Origin: a candidate division FCPU426 bacterium
GTDB taxonomy: Bacteria; Oederibacteriota; Muellerivitia; Muellerivitales; Muellerivitaceae
Direction: 5' to 3'
Length of the DNA: 52,006 nt
Assembly (NCBI GenBank): GCA_963830915.1
Contig: CAWHOE010000030.1
Span: 1-52,006, forward strand
Notes under the pieces: model-generated
The model's database searches: none
The model's input: only the letters and a program-made list of their open reading frames with translations
Told to the model about the DNA's origin: nothing
Position numbers and translations under genes: made by a program
Part shown: positions 37,846 through 46,966 of the stretch, piece after piece
How positions within the stretch are numbered: position 1 is the stretch's first letter
How the letters are laid out: each line of letters starts with the position of its first letter

Positions 37846-38040
37846 TGAACCACCATGCCGACCAACAATAAAACATATAAGAGGTCGGTATAGTACCGAT
37901 TACCAATTATTTTTATGGTAAATCGGCACAAGGGCACCAAGAAAAGATATTGTTATATATTCTTAATAAACTGATACAAAAATCTCTTTTAACTATTAGG
38001 TTCGTTTTTTTTACTGTGTCTCTGTGCCTCTGTGGTTAAT
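37846..38040. repeat. Intergenic palindromic repeat (mixed CACCAAG/CTCTGTG arms), left arm interrupted by an insertion
   Basis: AACCACCA[insert]CAAGGGCACCAAGAA...CTGTGTCTCTGTGCCTCTGTGGTT. Confidence 0.8.
37854..37930 (+). mobile_element. Double-hairpin micro-element, copy B (73 bp plus duplicated CA)
   Basis: CA-TGCCGACC...GGTCGGTATAGTACCGATT...AATCGGCA-CA; removal restores AACCACCAAGGGCACCAAG. Confidence 0.8.
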
Positions 38041-38052
38041 TTTTTCCCAGGG

Positions 38053-38301
38053 TTATCGTAAAGAACCTATCAAACGAAGAAGTAGTAAAAGGGCTACCGC
38101 GCCCGCTACCGCGACACAGAAAGACTGGACCGGCCCGTCGAAGGGAATGTGGAAATAAGCGGCCCCGTAACGGCCCGCGATGGCCCCGACCACACCCACG
38201 ATCATATTGGACAATAAGCCTAGTCCCTTACCCTGGACCAGGAAGCTGGCCAACCACCCAGCGACCAAACCCGTTCCCAGGACCACGATCAAGTCATGCA
38301 T
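38053..38301 (-). CDS. GlsB/YeaQ/YmgE (transglycosylase-associated) membrane protein
   Basis: GLVAGWLAS...GLGLLSNMIVGVVGA...AVAGAVALL. Confidence 0.9.
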   Translation of the reverse strand: MHDLIVVLGTGLVAGWLASFLVQGKGLGLLSNMIVGVVGAIAGRYGAAYFHIPFDGPVQSFCVAVAGAVALLLLLRLIGSLR

Positions 38302-38351
38302 GTCAGTACCTTTCTCAAGCGAACATTATATTTGAAAATCGTCGGGTTGGT

Positions 38352-39134
38352 TTAACGAATGGCCCGTAATACCTGGGAATGGGTCAAACCGTTGCTGGAA
38401 AGGGCGTCCCCGCCCCGGATGGTGGATTTTCCCTTCAGGTCCGTGAACTTCCCTCCTGCCTCTTCCACGCAGATCTTGATGGCGGCCACATCGTAGGGTT
38501 GGACCACCGGGTCCAGCATGGCCTCGGCCATTCCCTGGATGACCAGCGAGTGTCCGTAGCAATCGCCGAAGCCCCGATCGTCGTAACATTGGGCGATGAG
38601 GTTGGTGAGTTTGGTTCGGTAGCTCTTGGGGGTCAAACGCATGCCCCCATAGGTCATGGTGCCATTTTTGATGTCCTTTATTCCGGATACCTTGACCCTT
38701 CGGCCGTTGGCGAAACAACCCAGGCCCTTCGCCGCCCAAATGGTCAAACGCAAGGCGGGATGATGGATGACGCCCACGATCACTTCCCCCTTATATTCCA
38801 GGGCGACCAGGGTTCCCCAGAAAGGGATGCCCCGGATGAATTGGCGGGTGCCGTCCACGGGATCGATCCACCACCTAAAATCGGGGTTTGCTTTCTTGTC
38901 CCAGCCGAATTCCTCACCGCAAAGCTGATGGTCGGGGAAGGCCTTGGCCAGCACCTTGCGAATGGCTTGTTCCGCTTCCCGGTCCGCGCGGGTCACGGGC
39001 GAACGGTCCACCTTCTTGATGACCGGAACGTTCTTTCGGAAGTATTTCAGGGCTTTGGCGCCCCCCGCCAGGGCCGCCAGGCGGGCCATTTGGTGGTATA
39101 GGACGAGATGGAAGTCTGGTATGGATTTGGACAT
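38352..39134 (-). CDS. hisN: Inositol monophosphatase family, histidinol-phosphatase HisN-like
   Basis: SPVTRADREAE, GEEFG, WWIDPVDGT, YDVAA...EEAGG; alternative start 39143. Confidence 0.85.
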   Translation of the reverse strand: MSKSIPDFHLVLYHQMARLAALAGGAKALKYFRKNVPVIKKVDRSPVTRADREAEQAIRKVLAKAFPDHQLCGEEFGWDKKANPDFRWWIDPVDGTRQFIRGIPFWGTLVALEYKGEVIVGVIHHPALRLTIWAAKGLGCFANGRRVKVSGIKDIKNGTMTYGGMRLTPKSYRTKLTNLIAQCYDDRGFGDCYGHSLVIQGMAEAMLDPVVQPYDVAAIKICVEEAGGKFTDLKGKSTIRGGDALSSNGLTHSQVLRAIR

Positions 39135-39172
39135 GGGAGGCATTTTACAGGGGCCCTAAATCAAGCGGGAAT

Positions 39173-39199
39173 AAAAAAGGGCGCCGAAATCGGCGCCCC
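39173..39199 (-). terminator. Intrinsic terminator
   Basis: AAAAAA-GGGCGCCGA-AA-TCGGCGCCC. Confidence 0.75.
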
Positions 39200-39247
39200 G
39201 GTGAGATTTCAATACATTATCGACCAAAAAATAACTTCAAAAACTAT

Positions 39248-39377
39248 TTCACCACCAAGGCACCAAGGGCACCAAGAACATCGAAATTCTTTTGATATAA
39301 CTTTAAAAACATATTTAAAAAAATCCCTTTAAACAATCTTTGTTGAGCCTTCCTTGTTGCCCTTGGTGGTTCAAATT
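39248..39377. repeat. Intergenic palindromic repeat (CACCAAG type), uninterrupted
   Basis: CACCACCAAGGCACCAAGGGCACCAAG-AT-rich core-CCTTGTTGCCCTTGGTGGTT. Confidence 0.85.
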
Positions 39378-39391
39378 ACTTTGACGTTTTC

Positions 39392-39799
39392 TTACATCAT
39401 CGCCATGCCCTTCAGCTTGATAGCTTTCTTTCCGTCCTTACCCACAACCGAGGCTTTGGTGGGAACCAGATTGCCGTCCCCATACAAAGTACCAGTCACT
39501 TCGACCGATTGGCCCGCGTATTTCGCAAAAGGCTCGGATGAGAAAATAAGGATATACAATTTCTTGTCTGAGGTGAGCACACCGGCTGGGATACCGCTTT
39601 TCAAGCAAGCCACACCACAGGCCTTCATGCTCCCATGGTCGTTGCTCACATCCCCGCCTTCCAGGTAGCACTTGGTATCGACCAATGTTCCCGAAACGGT
39701 CAGGGTTTTCCCTTGATCGTCTGCCGCGTCATCCGCCCGAGCGGCGGAATGAACCGCGATGATGGCCAAGGCCATCAAGGCCAACAATACTTTCTTCAT
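39392..39799 (-). CDS. Secreted protein with C...H...CxxxC motif
   Basis: Signal peptide; GTLVDTKCY...HGSMKACGVACLKSGIPAG...VEVTGTL. Confidence 0.75.
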   Translation of the reverse strand: MKKVLLALMALAIIAVHSAARADDAADDQGKTLTVSGTLVDTKCYLEGGDVSNDHGSMKACGVACLKSGIPAGVLTSDKKLYILIFSSEPFAKYAGQSVEVTGTLYGDGNLVPTKASVVGKDGKKAIKLKGMAMM

Positions 39800-39859
39800 G
39801 TTTCTCCCCCTTTGGTTTTAAAACTGATGGTTCATTGTCAGTTCAAGGAGGGAAAAGTA

Positions 39860-40336
39860 TCAAGTGAGCCTGGAAATTTCCTCGGAGGCGGCGGGATAAA
39901 GCGGTAATAAATCATGCTTTTTCGCCAGGATGAACTCAGAAAAAACAAACCCGGGAGCCACAGTGGTTCCCATGAGGGCGAAACTTCCTCCCTCGTTCAG
40001 GTATCCCCCGAACCAGGTTCCGGCCGGAGCGACCCATTGCAATAACTGGCCTTTTGAAAGGTCATTCCCCAGGATGTTCTTTTCGATCTTCCCATCCTTC
40101 TTTAAGGAAACCCACGTGACGGGGTCCCCCATATAGAAGTGGAAGACTTCATCCGACGAAAGTTTGTGGAGTTTCGAGACAGCTCCGGGGACCAACAGGT
40201 AATAGATGGCGGTGGAATGGTTTCGTACTGGGGTAGAACCGGGAATGATTGTGGAACTGCGGTAGGTCTCGCGGTAAAAGCCCCCTTCAGGATGGGGCTT
40301 TAAGTCCAGCAGTTGGATTATTTGGTCAACTTTCAC
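39860..40336 (-). CDS. Cupin_5 (DUF985) family protein
   Basis: LKPHPEGGFYRETYRS, STAIYYLL, DEVFHFYMGDP, VAPGF. Confidence 0.93.
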   Translation of the reverse strand: MKVDQIIQLLDLKPHPEGGFYRETYRSSTIIPGSTPVRNHSTAIYYLLVPGAVSKLHKLSSDEVFHFYMGDPVTWVSLKKDGKIEKNILGNDLSKGQLLQWVAPAGTWFGGYLNEGGSFALMGTTVAPGFVFSEFILAKKHDLLPLYPAASEEISRLT

Positions 40337-40368
40337 TCGATGACATCCATCCCATGATTTTTAAGTTT

Positions 40369-41467
40369 TTAAACCCCGAAGGAAACACCGATCTTCTTGG
40401 CGGCGAGGACCAACTCGTGGTTCAGCGGAACGGTGCGGACCTTTCCTCCCACCTTCGAAAGGGGCACGGAGGACATTTCCCCTTTGACCAGGGCCGCCAT
40501 CTGCCCGAACTTGCCCAGAAGGACCATTTCCATGGCCTTCACGCCGAAGCGGGTGGCCAGGATACGGTCGAAGGAAGTCGGGGTCCCGCCCCGGACCACA
40601 TGGCCCAGGACCACGGACCTGGTCTCGATCCCGGTCATTTTTTCCAAGTTATCGGCCAATTGTTTGCCAACCCCGCCCAGGCGGATCTTTTCCGGGCGAG
40701 TTCTCCACGACCCTATCCACGACGATCTTTCCTTTTCGGGGATGGGCGCCTTCAGCCACGATGATGATGCTGCTCTTTTTGCCAAGTCCATGGCGTTTCC
40801 GGACTGCCTCGGCCACTTTTTTCTCGTCGTAATCGATCTCAGGGATGAGGATCACATCCCCGCCCCCCGCCAAACCAGCCCTCAGGGCCAGCCAGCCAGC
40901 CGTACGGCCCATGACCTCAACGACCATGGCCCGGTGGTGTGAATCGGCGGTGGTATGGAGCCGGTCGATGGCCTCGGCGGCCACATGGACGGCTGTGTCA
41001 TGCCCGAAGGTTTGTTCCGTGCCCACCAGATCATTGTCGATGGTCTTGGGCACTCCCACGATCCTCATACCCTTTTTGGAAAAAAGGTTGGAGATGGTCA
41101 TGGAACCGTCCCCGCCCAGGACGACCAGGGCATCCAATCCCCATTCCTTGAAATGGCGGAGGGAGTGGGAGCTTTTGTCCACGACGCGGTACTTTCCCGA
41201 GGCGTCTTTCTGGAACATCCCGAAGGGATTGTCTTTATTGGAGGAACCCAGGATGGTCCCGCCCAGGACCAGGATATTGGACACACTCTGGCCGGTCAGG
41301 GGCCGGGCGGACCCTTCCACTGTCCCCAGGAAACCGTCCATGATCCCCAGGACTTCGATACCTTCTCGCAGGGCGGATTTGACCACGGCCCGGATGACGG
41401 CGTTCAAGCCGGGGCAGTCACCCCCCGCCGTGATGATGCCGATCTTCTTGATACGCGTTCGACTCAT
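40369..41467 (-). CDS. pfkA: 6-phosphofructokinase (1-bp frameshift near 40695)
   Basis: GGDCPGLNAVIR, GGDGS, PKTIDND, VEVMGR; C-part RLGG...LGHVVRGG...FDR in the other frame. Removing one C gives VENSPEKIRLGG (366 codons). Confidence 0.93.
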
Positions 41468-41504
41468 AGATCACCTGATTCCAGTGGATACTTGGTCTTT
41501 TTAA

Positions 41505-41996
41505 TTATTGCGAGATATTCATGAGCTCGACATCGAAGATCAGGGTCGAATTGGGCGGGATCATGGGCGGATAACCCTTCGATCCGTATGCCAGGTCCGG
41601 AGGAATGGTCAGCTTCCTCTTTTCCCCCACCTTCATCCCGACCAAGCCCATATCCCATCCCCTGATGACCCGGCCCGTGCTGAGCCGGAACTGGATGGGT
41701 TCCCCCCGGTCCACCGAGCTGTCGAATTTGATGCCATTGTCCAACCATCCGGTGTAATGGACCGAGACATACTGACCGGGTTTGACCTCCGGACCGCTTC
41801 CCTCTTTCAGGACCTCGATCTTGAGGCCGGAAGAGGTGATGATCACGGTGGAAACAGGGCTGGGAACAGAGGAACCGGGGGTGGCCATTCCCTGGCCACC
41901 CGCCTGTTCATGATTATCCTGTTTGGAGCAAGAGACCGCGAAAAGAACGATCCCGGCGACCATGACGCAGCCCCAAAAGAATGAACGGAGATTCAA
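41505..41996 (-). CDS. FKBP-type peptidyl-prolyl isomerase, probable lipoprotein
   Basis: FAVSC lipobox-like motif; VHYTGWL, FDSS, VIRGWD, LAYG, IPPNSTLIFDVEL; TTG start with AAGGA RBS. Confidence 0.9.
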   Translation of the reverse strand: MNLRSFFWGCVMVAGIVLFAVSCSKQDNHEQAGGQGMATPGSSVPSPVSTVIITSSGLKIEVLKEGSGPEVKPGQYVSVHYTGWLDNGIKFDSSVDRGEPIQFRLSTGRVIRGWDMGLVGMKVGEKRKLTIPPDLAYGSKGYPPMIPPNSTLIFDVELMNISQ

Positions 41997-42009
41997 TTCA
42001 GTCTTCCTT

Positions 42010-42531
42010 TTATTGGACGCCGAGCAGCTCAACATCAAAGACCAAAGTGGCGTTAGGCGGGATGACGTTACCCGCGCCGCGTTCGCCATATCCCAAGCTG
42101 GAGGGGATGGTCAGTTTGCGCTTCTCCCCCACCTTCATGCCTAACACGCCCTCATCCCAACCCTTGATGACCTGGCCCGCTCCCAGCGTGAACTGGAAGG
42201 GTTGACCACGGTCCACCGAGCTGTCGAACTTGGTGCCGTCCGTCAACCAGCCGGTGTAGTGAACGGAAACCTGCTGGCCCGCCTGGGCGACCGCCCCAGT
42301 CCCCGGTTTCAAGACCTGGTATTTGAGGCCGGAAGCGGTCGTGATGGTCTTGGAAGCTGACTTGGCTTTTTTATGAGCCGCGGCCTTGGCGGCGGGGGTC
42401 TGCGAGGCGGACGGTGTGCTATCGGCCCCGGGGGTAGCGTCCTTTTTGTCCTGCGCCATCGCTTTCGAGGCGATGAAGAAGGCCACTCCGATCAAAGCGA
42501 TCAAACCGATCAAAACGAAACGATGAGTCAT
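42010..42531 (-). CDS. FKBP-type peptidyl-prolyl isomerase, exported
   Basis: Signal peptide (AMA/Q); [32 protein letters not shown]. Confidence 0.95.
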   Translation of the reverse strand: MTHRFVLIGLIALIGVAFFIASKAMAQDKKDATPGADSTPSASQTPAAKAAAHKKAKSASKTITTASGLKYQVLKPGTGAVAQAGQQVSVHYTGWLTDGTKFDSSVDRGQPFQFTLGAGQVIKGWDEGVLGMKVGEKRKLTIPSSLGYGERGAGNVIPPNATLVFDVELLGVQ

Positions 42532-42680
42532 TTAGATCCTCCGTGAATTTTGGATGGCACAACGGGGGAAAGTATACCTTAAGACGCGGGGGGTTTCATC
42601 CGCTCTCCTCAGTGCCGTCCCTCAACAAACCTTCGTATTTACCCTTTTAATCGCGGCGGGCCCGGCGGCAGGCGGCGGCC

Positions 42681-42708
42681 TTGTCAAAGCCTTGAATCAC
42701 ATTATAAT
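42681..42708 (+). promoter_or_regulatory. sigma70 promoter of the lsrF operon
   Basis: TTGTCA-16 nt-TATAAT. Confidence 0.65.
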
Positions 42709-42739
42709 GTCCTTCCATTCCTTACCTCGGAGACACTTC

Positions 42740-42949
42740 ATGGCCATCGAAGGGTATGTCGACTACAAACGCCGGGAATACTGCAAGGACATCAAGTGCC
42801 CTGTCCAGATGGAAATGGACACGAAAAAAGAGGATTCGGAAGATTATCAAAATCTGAGGAAGAAATGCCAGGTGGCCTGCCTTCACACCACCTATGAGTT
42901 CCACCAATGGCTGATCAAGCAAGGCTATGAGATCGTAAAGCGGAAATAA
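42740..42949 (+). CDS. Small Cys/His-rich protein
   Basis: MAIEGYVDYKRREYCKDIKCPVQ...CQVACLH...FHQWL; GGAG RBS; first gene of the operon. Confidence 0.75.
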   Translation: MAIEGYVDYKRREYCKDIKCPVQMEMDTKKEDSEDYQNLRKKCQVACLHTTYEFHQWLIKQGYEIVKRK

Positions 42950-42966
42950 TTTTTTAGGAGGCTGGT

Positions 42967-43764
42967 ATGGATTGGGGCTTCAAGAATCGACTTTCCAAGC
43001 TGATCAAAAAGGACGGGCATTGTTTTTATCTCCCCATTGACCATGGGTATTTCCTGGGACCCACCAGTTGTCTGGAGAGACCCGGCGAGACCATCAAGCC
43101 CCTGTTGGAATATTGCGACGCTCTGTTCGTGACCAGGGGCGTCCTGCGAGCCTGCGTGGTCCCCGAGGATAGCAAACCCATCATCCTGAGGGTATCGGGC
43201 GGAACCAGCGTGGTGGGCAAGGACCTGGCCAACGAGTCGGTCACCACCTCCATCGAGGAGATCCTGCGCCTCAACGTGACCGCCGTCGGGGTATCGGTAT
43301 TCGTCGGGAGCGAGTATGAGAACCAGACCCTGATGAACCTCGCCAAGCTGGTCAACGAATGTTCCAATTACGGCATCCCCGTGATGGCCGTGACCGCCGT
43401 GGGCAAAGAACTGGAAAAGCGGGATTCCCGCTACCTGGCCCTTTGCTGCCGTATCGCCGCCGAATTGGGCGCCACCGTGGTGAAGACCTATTGGTGCCCC
43501 GAGGGTTTCGACAAGGTCGTGTCCAGCTGTCCCGTGCCGGTGGTGATGGCCGGAGGCCCGAAATGCGAGACCCAGAAGGAAGTGCTGGAATTCGTGTACG
43601 ACGGCATGCAGAAAGGCGCCATCGGCGTCAACCTGGGCCGGAACGTCTGGCAGGACCCCCATCCGGTGGCCGCCGCCAGGGCCTTGTGGGGCATCATCCA
43701 CGAGAATCTGAACCCCAAGCAGGCCTTTGAGTTGTTCAACGAAGTCAAAAATTCTAAAAAATAA
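42967..43764 (+). CDS. lsrF: LsrF-family class I aldolase/thiolase
   Basis: MDWGFKNRL, IDHGYFLGPT, MAVTAVGKE, VVKTY, MAGGPK, GRNVWQ. Confidence 0.9.
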   Translation: MDWGFKNRLSKLIKKDGHCFYLPIDHGYFLGPTSCLERPGETIKPLLEYCDALFVTRGVLRACVVPEDSKPIILRVSGGTSVVGKDLANESVTTSIEEILRLNVTAVGVSVFVGSEYENQTLMNLAKLVNECSNYGIPVMAVTAVGKELEKRDSRYLALCCRIAAELGATVVKTYWCPEGFDKVVSSCPVPVVMAGGPKCETQKEVLEFVYDGMQKGAIGVNLGRNVWQDPHPVAAARALWGIIHENLNPKQAFELFNEVKNSKK

Positions 43765-43774
43765 GAGCGAAAAA

Positions 43775-44800
43775 ATGCGCGTAGCCATGTATTACAAAAA
43801 CAGCGATGTCCGTTTGCAGGAAATGCCTGTCCCCAAGATCGGGCCGGGCGAGATACTGGTAAAGATTCAAGCCAGCGGGATCTGTGGCAGCGACGTGCTG
43901 GAATGGTACCGCATCAAGAAAGCCCCCATCGTGCTCGGGCACGAGACCACCGGCGAGGTCGTTGAGCTGGGCGAGGGCGTGACCAAATTCAAGGTCGGGG
44001 ATAGGGTCGCCGTTTCCCACCATGTTCCCTGTAACACCTGCCGTTACTGCCTGAGCGGTAACCATACTGTCTGCCATACCCTTCACACGACCAATTTCGA
44101 TCCTGGCGGTTTTTCCGAGTATGTCCGAGTCCCCAAACTCAACGTGGACCGGGGGGTCTTTTTGCTCCCTCCCAATGTCTCCTATGAGGACGGCTCTTTC
44201 ATGGAACCCCTGGCCTGCGTCCTGAGAGGACAAAGGCTGGCTCGCCTAACGCCAGGACAGACCGTATTGGTGATCGGCAGCGGGATATCCGGTCTTCTCC
44301 ATATCATGCTGGCCCAGGCCCTGGGCGCCTGCAGGGTCATCGCCACGGACATCAGCCCCTACCGCCTGAACGCCGCCAAGGAATTGGGAGCGAACGCCGT
44401 GATCAACGGCAAGGAAAACGTGCCAGCCAAGCTTTTGGAACTCAACGAGGGTAGACCGGCCGACCTGGTCATCGTCTGCACGGGAGCCATGCCGGCTTTC
44501 GCCCAGGCCATGAAATCCGTGGACCGGGGAGGGACCCTGATGTACTTCGCCACCACAAACCCGGGGGAAACCCTGCCGGTGCCGATCAACGATTACTGGC
44601 GCAATGGCATCACCCTTTTGCCGTCCTACGGCAACAGTCCTTACGACGCCGAGGTCGCGATCTCACTGATCCGTTCGGGCAAGGTGGCGGTCAACAAATT
44701 GATCACCCACCGTTTGGGCCTGGCGGACGCGGCCAAGGGATTCCAACTGGTCGCCAGCAGCGGCGAATCGATCAAAGTGATCATCGAACCGCAAAAATAG
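43775..44800 (+). CDS. Zn-dependent (MDR) alcohol/polyol dehydrogenase
   Basis: GICGSD, LGHE, CNTCRYC...C, EPLAC, GSGISG; start at MRVAMY. Confidence 0.92.
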   Translation: MRVAMYYKNSDVRLQEMPVPKIGPGEILVKIQASGICGSDVLEWYRIKKAPIVLGHETTGEVVELGEGVTKFKVGDRVAVSHHVPCNTCRYCLSGNHTVCHTLHTTNFDPGGFSEYVRVPKLNVDRGVFLLPPNVSYEDGSFMEPLACVLRGQRLARLTPGQTVLVIGSGISGLLHIMLAQALGACRVIATDISPYRLNAAKELGANAVINGKENVPAKLLELNEGRPADLVIVCTGAMPAFAQAMKSVDRGGTLMYFATTNPGETLPVPINDYWRNGITLLPSYGNSPYDAEVAISLIRSGKVAVNKLITHRLGLADAAKGFQLVASSGESIKVIIEPQK

Positions 44801-44933
44801 ATTCCTTGACGATTCAGAACCGCTCTCCCTCAACTTAAGATAACGATCTAGAGAAACTCCTCAAAAAAACGGTTTCATTGAAGTCTATGAAATGCGAAGC
44901 TTTCGATACTAAAAACCAAGGTATCGCCATTCG

Positions 44934-44962
44934 TTGACAGCGCCCACACCCATCCTTAAGAT
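44934..44962 (+). promoter_or_regulatory. sigma70 promoter of the ABC operon
   Basis: TTGACA-17 nt-TAAGAT, ending 11 nt before the ATG. Confidence 0.7.
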
Positions 44963-44973
44963 GCTTCACTTAT

Positions 44974-45990
44974 ATGGAAACCGCCCTACGAGTCCAAAAT
45001 TTATCGAAAAGCTATAAGCGCCGCCTGCGCCAGCCTGGCTTGATGGGAGCCTTCAAAGGGCTCTTCTCCAGTAAGGAGGAAGAACTCCACGCCGTCCAGG
45101 ACATCTCCTTCGCCATCCAACGGGGCGAAAGGGTCGGACTAATCGGTGAGAACGGGGCTGGTAAGTCCACGACCTTGAAGATGCTCACCGGCATCCTGGT
45201 CCCCACCCGGGGCGAGGTGACCGTGTTGGGCCGGACACCCTGGAAGGAACGCCGCCAATTGGCCCTGAATATCGGCGTGGTTTTCGGCCAGCGGCCCCAA
45301 CTTTTATGGGATATCCCGGTCCGGGAGACCTTCGAGCTTTTGAAGACCATGTATCGCATCCCCAACGACGTCTATGGGACCATTTATAAGGAAGCGGTCA
45401 AACGGCTGAGCTTGGAGCCCCTCCTGTCCACCCCCGTCCGCCACCTGTCGCTGGGCCAGCGCATGCGCTGTGACCTGGCCGCGGCGGTCCTGCACGCTCC
45501 CGCCATCGCCTTTTTGGACGAACCGACCATCGGCCTGGACCTGTCGGTCAAGGAACAGGTGCGGGAATTCATCACCGATATCCAGGAAAAATTCGGCATC
45601 ACGCTCCTCATCACCACCCACGACCTGAAGGACATCACCGAGACCTGCGACCGGCTTCTGCTATTGGACAAGGGCAGACTGCTTTTCGACGGTTCCATCA
45701 AGGCTTTCGAGCAGAAATTCGCCAGCGACCGGCGCATCGTGGCCGAGCTGCACAAACCCGTGGACCCTGCCGATGTCCCCGCCTTGACCGAGGAGATCCG
45801 GAAACTGGGGGGCAGCCTGAAGGAAGCCCAGGGCCACCGCGTCATCGTGGAACACCATGATGAGTCACTGGCCCCGGTCCTGACCCAGTTCCTGCTGACC
45901 CGATACCAGGTGGTGGACTTGAACCTTGAAAAAACCGATATCGAGACCATCGTCATGCGCATCTACCGCCAGCCCGACCAGGAGGATTGA
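44974..45990 (+). CDS. ABC-2 type exporter ATP-binding protein
   Basis: GENGAGKST, VVFGQRPQL, LSLGQRMR, FLDEPTIGLD, TTHD. Confidence 0.95.
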   Translation: METALRVQNLSKSYKRRLRQPGLMGAFKGLFSSKEEELHAVQDISFAIQRGERVGLIGENGAGKSTTLKMLTGILVPTRGEVTVLGRTPWKERRQLALNIGVVFGQRPQLLWDIPVRETFELLKTMYRIPNDVYGTIYKEAVKRLSLEPLLSTPVRHLSLGQRMRCDLAAAVLHAPAIAFLDEPTIGLDLSVKEQVREFITDIQEKFGITLLITTHDLKDITETCDRLLLLDKGRLLFDGSIKAFEQKFASDRRIVAELHKPVDPADVPALTEEIRKLGGSLKEAQGHRVIVEHHDESLAPVLTQFLLTRYQVVDLNLEKTDIETIVMRIYRQPDQED

Positions 45991-45993
45991 GCC

Positions 45994-46824
45994 ATGCGAC
46001 CCCTGGCCGCCCCCTTGAACCTGCGGGAGAACCTGTTCGGTTATTTTTCCTACCTGAACCGGGCCTTGAAGGCCAATTTCGCCTATAAAGCCACGACGGT
46101 CGTGGGTCTCTTCACCGCCGGCCTGACCTACGGGATCACGGTGCTGGTCTGGAACCACGTCTATTCATCCAAGGGTTCCACCCTGACCCTTCCCAAACAG
46201 GAAATGTTCGCCTACTTGGCCCTGGCCTTCTGCCTCAACTACGCCCTCACCATCAACATCGACCAAAGGGTGGGCCAACGCATAAGGTTGGGACTGATCG
46301 CCACCGACCTTTTGAAACCCCTCGATTTCCAGCTTTCCCAGGCGGTCCAGGCCCTCAGCGACTGCCTGTTCAACAGCTTCATCGGTTTGGGCATCCTGGC
46401 CATCGTTTGCTACCTATTGGGACCCATGATCCTCCCCAAAAGTCCCGCCGCCTTGGGGTTCTTCCTGATCAGCTTGTTCCTAGCCTTCATGGTCCAGTAT
46501 TCCATCGTTTTCATCTTTATCCAGGGAGCCTTCTATACTTATAGCGGTTACGGCATCTTCGCTTCCCGCATCGCCCTCCACCAGACCTTCTCGGGTATGC
46601 AGGCGCCCCTGTTCCTTTACCCGCCCATCCTTTTGAGCATCGGTCGCTGGCTTCCCTTCCAGCACATCATCTACACCCCCATCGCTCTCTATATGGGGAA
46701 AGTGGAGGGCAACGCCGCCTGGAGCCTTCTGGGGGAACAGGCGCTTTGGGCCTTGGGACTGTACATCACGGGGAATTTGATCATGCGGCGGGCGCTTCGC
46801 CAACTGGAGATCCAGGGCGGATAA
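45994..46824 (+). CDS. ABC-2 family (DUF990-like) permease
   Basis: About six TM helices, DLLKPLDF, WLPFQ...YTP, C-terminal IQGG. Confidence 0.9.
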   Translation: MRPLAAPLNLRENLFGYFSYLNRALKANFAYKATTVVGLFTAGLTYGITVLVWNHVYSSKGSTLTLPKQEMFAYLALAFCLNYALTINIDQRVGQRIRLGLIATDLLKPLDFQLSQAVQALSDCLFNSFIGLGILAIVCYLLGPMILPKSPAALGFFLISLFLAFMVQYSIVFIFIQGAFYTYSGYGIFASRIALHQTFSGMQAPLFLYPPILLSIGRWLPFQHIIYTPIALYMGKVEGNAAWSLLGEQALWALGLYITGNLIMRRALRQLEIQGG

Positions 46825-46831
46825 AAAAACA

Positions 46832-46953
46832 TTAATCATCAAGGCACCAAGACACCAAGGACGGCCCTAAAAATAAATGTTTAAAATATCTTTTTATTCT
46901 TCTTTGGTATTTAGATTTTCTTGGTGCCCTTGGTGAACTTGGTGGTTCAAATT
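46832..46953. repeat. Intergenic palindromic repeat (CACCAAG type), uninterrupted
   Basis: ATCATCAAGGCACCAAGACACCAAG-AT-rich core-CTTGGTGCCCTTGGTGAACTTGGTGGTT, located inside the ABC operon. Confidence 0.85.
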
Positions 46954-46966
46954 CTTTAAGAGGTTC

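Noticed and set aside
34017..37930. Integron attC sites as the explanation for the double-hairpin elements
   Set aside because: There are no RYYYAAC/GTTRRRY boxes, no cassette array and no integrase. The flanking genes are housekeeping.
10649..41467. Pseudogenes or programmed frameshifting in ftsA, murG, rsmH and pfkA
   Set aside because: There are no slippery heptamers or other decay. Single homopolymer indels in conserved genes point to sequencing error.
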